From contig JAUCBJ010000754.1 of the NCBI GenBank assembly GCA_032718475.1, positions 1 through 64,000 of the forward strand: DNA of 64,000 nt, in the 5' to 3' direction. Positions 54,779 to 64,000 of this stretch are shown piece after piece. Source of the stretch: Nemertoderma westbladi. Taxonomy: Eukaryota > Animalia > Xenacoelomorpha. The notes beneath the pieces are model-generated. The model worked only from the letters and a program-made list of their open reading frames with translations. It did no database searches and was not told the origin of the DNA. The position numbers were made by a program, and so were the translations under genes. Position 1 is the first letter of the stretch. Each line of letters starts with the position of its first letter.

Positions 54779-55127
54779 CTAAACGAAATGAACAAAATAC
54801 CTAAAAATATTTCTAGAATAAACCAATATCCGCCAATAGTTAGTTAGTATATGGATGGGATATAAATTAAAAATCATTTATGTATTTATATTCAGCAATG
54901 TATTTCCCGCCGGAATATATAAATCACTTTTTACACTCCGGCGGGATATAAAAATGCTATATCCGGTAACTTCCTCCATAATTCTGTAACAAAGAAAAAA
55001 GGCTATTTATTTTTAGGAACAAATAAATTTACTGATAACCGTAACGTCCCGGCCGTCGCTATGGTAACTTAGCGACCACCCATAGGATAATAAACGTTGA
55101 CCTTATTAGACCAATAGGATGACTAAC

Positions 55128-55203
55128 GCTCTGCCGGTCTCCGGAGTATCGCCTCTGTATTTCCCTCGGTAGGGGTCTGGGCAGGGAGCCACATGGACCC
55201 AGT
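55128..55203 (-). CDS. ETNPPL: Host gene exon (1st in window): (D)[25 protein letters not shown]
   Basis: GCAG acceptor, GTTAGT donor, 76 nt. VHVAP.PD.YRGKY is characteristic of ETNPPL/PHYKPL. Confidence 0.9.
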
Positions 55204-55720
55204 CTGCGAGATCGGAGCGATCCGCCTGGTTGTGTTTGTAGGGAGACAACGCGATAGTCGAGGATAAATGTCCGTGGTAGGCACTACAGCAATTAAATAA
55301 CTCATAGTATATTAATTACGCCCTAAAGCGTGTTTATATAATTATAAAACTGTATAAAATATATAAATTTAACTATATTAAATGTATTGTAAAGTTGTAT
55401 TTAGTATAATAACCAGAGTTATTAGGGGTCTGGCAGGTTAATTTAAAAAGCTACGGTTATTCAAACGTTATCGGCCTCCTGTGGCCTGCGTCAGTACTCA
55501 TCAAACTGACAGAGCGCACATTGTCGTTATTATAATTAATACTACTTTACCTAAAATCCGAAACGGAGTGTGAAATGCGGATTCCAGTTAAGTTAGTTAA
55601 CCCGTTCCGTCAGTGTGTCGCTACATTTAATTATCAGTTCCGATAAGGATAGGATAAATAAACGTGGATTCAAATAAATACATTAGAATCTGCGTTTTAC
55701 ATCCTTTTCCATTCCAAACA

Positions 55721-58019
55721 TAACACCCTCTCCCCCCTCTGATCCAGTAACACCCCCTCGATCCAGTAACACCCCCTCCCTGATCCAGTAACACCCCCTC
55801 CCTGATCCAGTAACACCCCCTCCCTGATCTAGTAACACCCCCTCCCTGATCCAGTAACACCCCCTCCGTGATCCAGTAACACCCCCTCCGTGATCCAGTA
55901 ACACCCCCTCCATGATCCAGTAACACCCCCTCCCTGATCCAGTAACTCCGCCTCCCTGATCCAGTAACTCCGCCTCCCTGATCCAGAAACTCCGCCTCTG
56001 ATCCAGTAACACCCCCTCCCTGATCCAGTAATACCCCCTCCCTGATCCAGTAACACCCCCTCCGTGATCCAGTAACACCCCCTCCCTGATCCAGTAACTC
56101 CGCCTCCCTGATCCAGTAACTCCGCCTCCCTGATCCAGTAACTCCGCCTCCCTGATCCAGTAACACCCCCTCCATGATCCAGTAACACCCACTCCCTGAT
56201 CCTGTAACACCCACTCCCTGATCCAGTAACACCCCCTCCCTGATCCAGTAACACCCCCTCCCTGATCCAGTAACACCCCCTCCCTGATCCAGTAACTCCG
56301 CCTCCCTGATCCAGTAACTCCGCCTCCCTGATCCAGTAACACCCCCTCCCTGATCCAGTAACACCCCCTCCCTGATCCAGTAACACCCCCTCCCTGATCT
56401 AGTAACACCCCCTCCCTGATCCAGTAACACCCCCTCCGTGATCCAGTAACTCCGCCTCCCTGATCCAGTAACACCCCCTCCCTGATCCAGTAACACCCAC
56501 TCCCTGATCCAGTAACTCCGCCTCCCTGATCCAGTAACTCCGCCTCCCTGATCCAGTATCACCCCCTCCCTGATCCAGTAACACCCCCTCCCTGATCCAG
56601 TAACACCCACTCCCTGATCCAGTAACACCCCCTCCCTGATCCAGTAACACCCCCTCCCTGATCCAGTAACACCCACTCCCTGATCCAGTAACACCCCCTC
56701 CCTGATCCAGTAACTCCGCCTCCCTGATCCAGTAACTCCGCCTCCCTGATCCAGTATCACCCCCTCCCTGATCCAGTAACACCCCCTCCCTGATCCAGTA
56801 ACACCCACTCCCTGATCCAGTAACACCCCCTCCCTGATCCAGTAACACCCCCTCCCTGATCCAGTAACACCCACTCCCTGATCCAGTAACCCCCCCTCCC
56901 TGATCCAGTAACTCCGCCTCCCTGATCGAGTAACACCCCCTCCATGATCCAGTAACACCCCCTCCCTGATCCAGTAACACCGCCTCCCTGATCCAGTAAC
57001 TCCGCCTCCCTGATCCAGTAACTCCGCCTCCCTGATCCAGTAACACCCCCTCCCTGATCCAGTAACACCCCCTCCCTGATCCAGTAACACCCCCTCCCTG
57101 ATCCAATAACACCCACTCCCTGATCCAGTAACACCCCCTCCGTGATCCAGTAACACCCCCTCCATGATCCAGTAACACCCCCTCCCTGATCCAGTAACAC
57201 CCCCTCCATGATCCAGTAACACCCCCTCCCTGATCCAGTAACACCCCCTCCCTGATCCAGTAACACCCCCTCCATGATCCAGTAACACCCACTCCCTGAT
57301 CCAATAACACCCACTCCCTGATCCAGTAACACCCCCTCCATGATCCAGTAACACCCCCTCCGTGATCCAGTAACACCCCCTCCCTGATCCAGTAACTCCG
57401 CCTCCCTGATCCAGTAACACCCCCTCCCTGATCCAGTAACACCCCCTCCCTGATCCAGTAACACCCCCTCCATGATCCAGTAACACCCACTCCCTGATCC
57501 AGTAACACCGACTCCCTGATCCAGTAACACCCACTTCCTGACCAGTAACACCCACTCCCTGATCCAGTAACACCCCCTCCCTGATCCAGTAACACCCCCT
57601 CCCTGATCCAGTAACACCCCCTCCCTGATCTAGTAACACCCCCTCCCTGATCCAGTAACACCCCCTCCGTGATCCAGTAACACCCCCTCCGTGATCCAGT
57701 AACACCCCCTCCATGATCCAGTAACACCCCCTCCCTGATCCAGTAACTCCGCCTCCCTGATCCAGTAACTCCGCCTCCCTGATCCAGTAACACCCCCTCC
57801 CTGATCCAGTAACACCCCCTCCAAGATCTAGTAACACCCCCTCCCTGATCCAGTAACACCCCCTCCCTGATCCAGTAACACCCCCTCCGTGATCCAGTAA
57901 CACCCCCTCCCTGATCCAGTAACACCCCCTCCGTGATCCAGTAACTCCGCCTCCCTGATCCAGTAACTCCGCCTCCCTGATCCAGTAACACCCCCTCCAT
58001 GATCCAGTAACACCCCCTC
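55721..58019. repeat. 22-bp satellite (CCCTCCCTGATCCAGTAACACC), left part, about 104 monomers, intronic
   Basis: Directly visible 22-nt periodicity with variants AACTCCGCC, CCCACTCC, CCGTG, CCATG. Confidence 0.97.
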
Positions 58020-61000
58020 TAGAGTGTTTCACTTCCTATAGACGAAAAAAAAATCTTGGAATTTTCTATTTCCTCAAGGCTAGATTGGTGCATTACACCT
58101 ATTTGAGCAAAAAAAATCATTACAAGTAGGTCTCAAACTTAATTTTTCAGATAGAGCAAGCCTCTTGAAGATTGACATTTCGAGCGATGGGATAATATGG
58201 CTACGCGATGGTTGTAATTTTAGGTAAATAACATCAGGAAGAGCAATGAATCGAAATTTGCGCTCATTTGAAAAATAATGATCAAATTAGATAGAGAGCA
58301 TGCGAAATTTAAGTCAAAATTCAGTCTTTGTCAAGATTTGCTCAACCCAGCCACTCCGAAGGCCATGCATACACTGACATGAACTGGCACATTACACAGA
58401 CACTGTATTCGTTCATTTCCTAATTGCTGAATTTATGTTCCTTGTCTATACCTACTGCAGGTACTGAAATAAGCAACCTCCACAGCAATATTGTAGTTCT
58501 ACTGCTGTACTTAGTAGGCCTACTCCACCCCTCAAACATCATATACCGGTACACTTATTAATATAAATAATAATTTATTAATATAACAGTATAATACAAA
58601 GATTAATACTATAATACTGGACAATGTCAGCATTGCATTTGCGATCTGATGTAACAGAATGGTTACTTGGGTCCTGTACCGATTTCAATCCAGCAAAGAC
58701 AAGACAACTGCCAACTAATGCTGAAGTACTGAAATCCGTACTGTTTTTAAGACAAAAAGAAGGCCCTGGTGGTAAGTCCAAAGGATACCTATCAAATGGA
58801 ATAGCAGCCACGGCTACCAACACCATCATTGTTTGGAATAATGCCAAAATACCAGTTCAAGATCACAAGAATATTGTTAGAGTGCTGACCAAGTTATATG
58901 ACGAATATAACAAACTAAAGAAGACTGTGTCTCGCCGTGACCCTTCAGCATCTACCAAGGACAAACTGGTTGAATTTCAAACAAAAATGTCTTTGTTATT
59001 CGATGTTGCTAAAACAAATGCGTTGAAACTTATCAAGATTGAAGAAGACAAGTAAGTATTAAGCAGTATTTGTTGGTGTTTGGTTGGACTGAAATCATAT
59101 CTGAATTGAGTTATATTAATGACCAGCAATAGCTACCATTTAATAGAAACGCATAAACTTATAGATTTATATACCTTTTAAAAACTATTTTTGGTATAAA
59201 ATTCATAATTATCATTATTCATGTAACATCATGAACATAACATATATATATATATCAATTTAATATACAACACGCATTATATTATTGTGTAAGTAATACA
59301 CCGTCCTTATTTTTGCTTATTATACATATTTAGGAATTTTCTGTTGGATCAAAGAGGAGTCAGGAAAGGAAAAATGGTGTTAGGATCGTCTGGCATCGAT
59401 TGGGAGGATGTTTTTCGCGATTTACAGAGACAACGTAGATTGAAACGAACTAGAAGTAATGATAGCAACGAAGGTGAGGTGATATGTAGTATTAATGAAG
59501 ACATTGCAACAAGTTCATCTTGCGAGAGTTCTCAGACTGATGAAGATGATCCTGACTTCATTGCCAGCGATTACATCGCTAAGACAGTTTCAAAAACGCC
59601 TGATTCTGATGCTCCAAAGAAGTCGAAGTTTCTGTCTCCGGAAGTATACAGCTTGGCAGATAGACATGCAATAAGTACTCGCCAGTTATGGACACTAAGT
59701 GCAACTGTTTCCAAAAGCTTAAGCTGTGATGTCTCGAATTTTAAATCGGCTTCCCATTCAACTGTATACAGACACCGGGTGAAGAATCGTATAGAGAATG
59801 CATCTAGAATTGTGGGAACATTTAAAGATCGATGTCCAGATCCCTGTATAGTTCACTGGGACGGGAAAATTCTCCCAAACCTCGGAAAGGGTTTTACTGG
59901 CAAAATTGATAGAATACCTGTGATAATAACTGGTGTTAAATTGGATACTGATAATGTACCTGAGACTTTTTCAGAAATGATATCTGCACCTAAGGTTAGC
60001 AGTGGAACTGGTTTAGCACAGGCTGTAGCTACACTGATAGCACTCAATGCTAGAGATATTGCTGATAAGGTTGAAGGGATGTGTTTCGATACAACATCTT
60101 CTAACACAGGAGCAGGTAGAGGAGCATGTGTTATCCTAGAACAAAAGCTAAATAGAGAACTTCTTAACCTGGCATGTCGTCATCATATCATGGAAGTTGT
60201 TCTTGGAGATGTTTTCCAGAATGCCTGTAAATTTCCAGCGAGCTCAGGGCCTGAAATACTGTTGTTTAAACGATTCCAATCAAACTGGGACCACTTGATT
60301 CTGAATGACTACTCAACCCTAACTCATGATGATAATGTAACTGTGGATAAAACACTTATTTCGGAAGCAGTGACTTTGTTAGAACCAATGCTTCTTGTGA
60401 AACAACCAAGAAATGATTACAAAGTACTTCTGGAATTAGCTTTGACTGTACTAGGTGCTGAGGTTCCAAGGAGCAGCAATCAGGTACAATTTACAAGACC
60501 AGGTGCTGTGAGTGATGCGCTGGATGGCAAAGGCCAATTACAGCATGCTAATGTACTTATTTCGAAACCAGCTAAGAGAGAGCAAGCTAATCACAGCGAA
60601 GGAGGAAGACTCTCTTAGAAATTTCGTGATGTTTGTTGTATTCGTGTATGCAAAGTACTGGCTCCAGTGTATGTCAGCTGCTGATGCTCCAATTAACGAT
60701 CTGTTAATGCTAAGAGATTTGAAGGAATATGAGAAGGTAAATACAACAGTTGCCACAACTGCCATGAAAGCCTTAAATCGTCACTTATGGTATTTGAGTA
60801 GTGAACTATTGTGCCTTTCCCTATTCTCAGATAAAGTAACTATTGAAGAGAAGAAGGCAATGTTGGATGCTCTTGATATAGATGATGCTCAACCATCAGT
60901 GAGATCTGTGAGAGTCAGTGCAGGTATCGCAGGGTCAGCAGTAGACAAAAAGCTGCCTGAGTTTGTTTCGAAGAGGAGTTTGTTTCTATTTAAGAAGTTG

Positions 61001-61626
61001 AAGATCGACACATCATTTTTCACTAAACCTGACTGGCCATCTAGCTCAGAATATAAACATGCTAAAATGATTATAGACAAGGTGACTGTAGTTAATGATC
61101 CAGCTGAACGAGGTGTTGGAGCTGTATCAAAGTTTATTAAAAGTGGCATAACTACAGATGAGGAAATGTTACAGGCATTGTTGGTTGTTGCTGATGAGAA
61201 TAAAAGACTAAACACAACCTTTACTAAGTCTTCATTCGCTTAATCAACTAAATAATACAAATTGATATCTTTACAAACTGTAAGACTGTCAGTCACTTGT
61301 TTAAATAGTAAACGTATTTAAACGTATTACAAATTACATATTTGTACTCATGTTATCAGAAAGCTCATTTTTGAATCAAAAGGTTTACAATTATGCATCA
61401 TTAGATGTTAGAGACTCATGTAAATCTTCTATCACATTCTTTATATCGTATCGGAACATTATTCCGTATCGCGGTCAAATTGAAAAACACTATGGGTTAT
61501 GCTCCATCTGAAAAATTCACTTTCAGAAGTTGCTTCAATATAATTTTTAAGTCAGTGTGGGTCAATGACCAAGATTAGCCATGAGCACATGCGAAATTCA
61601 AACTTTTTTTAAAATGAAACACTTTA
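58020..61626 (+). mobile_element. hAT-superfamily (hATm-like) DNA transposon, full length
   Basis: Imperfect TIRs: TAGAGTGTTTCACTT at the left end, TAAAGTGTTTCATTT as the reverse complement of the right end. 8-bp TSD ACCCCCTC at 58012-58019 and 61627-61634. Internal transposase gene. Confidence 0.9.
58624..61243 (+). CDS. hATm-like transposase, about 780 aa, two exons (58624-59051, 59334-61243), single frameshift near 60515
   Basis: Intron GTAAGT 59052 ... TTTAG 59333 gives IEEDK/NFLLDQR. Motifs VHWDGK, FDTTSSNTG, CRHH (CxxH), RW, HLWYLS, VVNDPAERGV fit the hAT DDE core. Confidence 0.85.
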
Positions 61627-64000
61627 ACCCCCTCCCTGATCCAGTAACTCCGCCTCCCTGATCCAGTAACACCCCCTCCATGATCCAGTAACACCCCCTC
61701 CCTGATCCAGTAACTCCGCCTCCCTGATCCAGTAACTCCGCCTCCCTGATCCAGTAACACCCCCTCCCTGATCCAGTAACACCCCCTCCCTGATCCAGTA
61801 ACACCCCCTCCGTGATCCAGTAACACCCCCTCCATGATCCAGTAACACCCCCTCCCTGATCCAGTAACACCCCCTCCATGATCCAGTAACACCCCCTCCC
61901 TGATCCAGTAACACCCCCTCCCTGATCCAGTAACACCCCCTCCATGATCCAGTAACACCCACTCCCTGATCCAATAACACCCACTCCCTGATCCAGTAAC
62001 ACCCCCTCCATGATCCAGTAACACCCCCTCCGTGATCCAGTAACACCCCCTCCCTGATCCAGTAACTCCGCCTCCCTGATCCAGTAACACCCCCTCCCTG
62101 ATCCAGTAACACCCCCTCCCTGATCCAGTAACACCCCCTCCATGATCCAGTAACACCCACTCCCTGATCCAGTAACACCGACTCCCTGATCCAGTAACAC
62201 CCACTTCCTGACCAGTAACACCCACTCCCTGATCCAGTAACACCCCCTCCCTGATCCAGTAACACCCCCTCCCTGATCCAGTAACACCCCCTCCCTGATC
62301 TAGTAACACCCCCTCCCTGATCCAGTAACACCCCCTCCGTGATCCAGTAACACCCCCTCCGTGATCCAGTAACACCCCCTCCATGATCCAGTAACACCCC
62401 CTCCCTGATCCAGTAACTCCGCCTCCCTGATCCAGTAACTCCGCCTCCCTGATCCAGTAACACCCCCTCCCTGATCCAGTAACACCCCCTCCATGATCTA
62501 GTAACACCCCCTCCCTGATCCAGTAACACCCCCTCCCTGATCCAGTAACACCCCCTCCGTGATCCAGTAACACCCCCTCCCTGATCCAGTAACACCCCCT
62601 CCGTGATCCAGTAACTCCGCCTCCCTGATCCAGTAACTCCGCCTCCCTGATCCAGTAACACCCCCTCCATGATCCAGTAACACCCCCTCCCTGATCCAGT
62701 AACTCCGCCTCCCTGATCCAGTAACACCCCCTCCATGATCCAGTAACACCCCCTCCCTGATCCAGTAACTCCGCCTCCCTGATCCAGTAACTCCGCCTCC
62801 CTGATCCAGTAACACCCCCTCCCTGATCCAGTAACACCCCCTCCCTGATCTAGTAACACCCCCTCCCTGATCCAGTAACACCCCCTCCCTGATCCAGTAA
62901 CACCCCCTCCGTGATCCAGTAACACCCCCTACCTGATCCAGTAACTCCGCCTCCCTGATCCAGTAACTCCGCCTCCCTGATCCAGTAACACCCCCTCCCT
63001 GATCCAGTAACACCCCCTCCCTGATCTAGTAACACCCCCTCCCTGATCCAGTAACACCCCCTCCGTGATCCAGTAACACCCCCTCCCTGATCCAGTAACT
63101 CCGCCTCCCTGATCCAGTAACACCCCCTCCCTGATCCAGTAACACCCCCTCCCTGATCCAGTAACACCGCCTCCCTGATCCAGTAACACCCCCTCCGTGA
63201 TCCAGTAACACCCCCTCCATGATCCAGTAACACCCCCTCCCTGATCCAGTAACTCCGCCTCCCTGATCCAGTAACACCCCCTCCCTGATCCAGTAACACC
63301 CCCTCCCTGATCCAGTAACACCGCCTCCCTGATCCAGTAACACCCCCTCCGTGATCCAGTAACACCGCCTCCCTGATCCAGTAACACCCCCTCCCTGATC
63401 CAGTAACACCCCCTCCCTGATCCAGTAACACCGCCTCCCTGATCCAGTAACACCCCCTCCGTGATCCAGTAACACCGCCTCCCTGATCCAGTAACACCCC
63501 CTCCCTGATCCAGTAACACCCCCTCCCTGATCCAGTAACACCCCCTCCATGATCCAGTAACACCCACTCCCTGATCCAATAACACCCACTCCCTGATCCA
63601 GTAACACCCCCTCCATGATCCAGTAACACCCCCTCCCTGATCCAGTAACACCCCCTCCCTGATCCAGTAACACCCCCTCCCTGATCCAGTAACACCCACT
63701 CCCTGATCCAGTAACACACCCTCTTTGATCAAGTAACACCCCCTTCCTGACCAGTAACACCCACTCCCTGATCCAGTAACACCCCCTCCCTGATCCAGTA
63801 ACACCCCCTCCCTGATCCAGTAACACCCCCCCCCCTGATCTAGTAACACCCCCTCCCTGATCCAGTAACACCCCCTCCGTGATCCAGTAATACCCCCTCC
63901 GTGATCCAGTAACACCCCCTCCATGATCCAGTAACACCCCCTCCCTGATCCAGTAACTCCGCCTCCCTGATCCAGTAACTCCGCCTCCCTGATCCAGTAA
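61627..64000. repeat. 22-bp satellite, right part, about 108 monomers, runs off the window end
   Basis: Same monomer and variants as 55721-58019. Confidence 0.97.

Noticed and set aside
55207-55720. Search for the next upstream host exon (expected AYHG...SPYKF segment)
   Set aside because: No matching frame with splice sites was found by eye. The exon is presumed to lie beyond position 64000.
55627-63937. Gly-rich ORFs (GGGVTGSGRGCYWIREGVLLDQ)n
   Set aside because: The 22-bp monomer cycles through all three frames, giving the same peptide. This is a satellite artefact.

Overview
Eukaryotic (probably invertebrate) genomic DNA. The window lies inside one minus-strand host gene, a class-III PLP aminotransferase-fold enzyme of the ETNPPL/PHYKPL (AGXT2-like phospho-lyase) family. 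Five exons are visible (55203-55128, 54778-54721, 53753-53671, 53121-52896, 35109-34965; 588 coding nt in 64 kb). Four introns carry four unrelated tandem arrays, one per intron, with 24, 51, 27 and 22 bp monomers. The most striking observation is that the two largest arrays start exactly at the GT of the exon's 5' splice site, and their monomers are copies of the first intronic bases, so the pre-mRNA would carry hundreds of reiterated donor-like motifs. Two transposons are inserted in the arrays, both antisense to the host. One is a degenerate 18.7 kb BEL/Pao LTR retrotransposon (14097-32808, AGATC TSD, about 2.2 kb LTRs, extra zinc-knuckle ORF in the env position); its 5' LTR carries a Helentron-type HINE and its 3' LTR carries 1.67 kb of filler DNA. 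The other is a nearly intact hATm-like DNA transposon (58020-61626, 8 bp TSD). The long repetitive ORFs in the ORF track are artefacts of stop-free satellite monomers.
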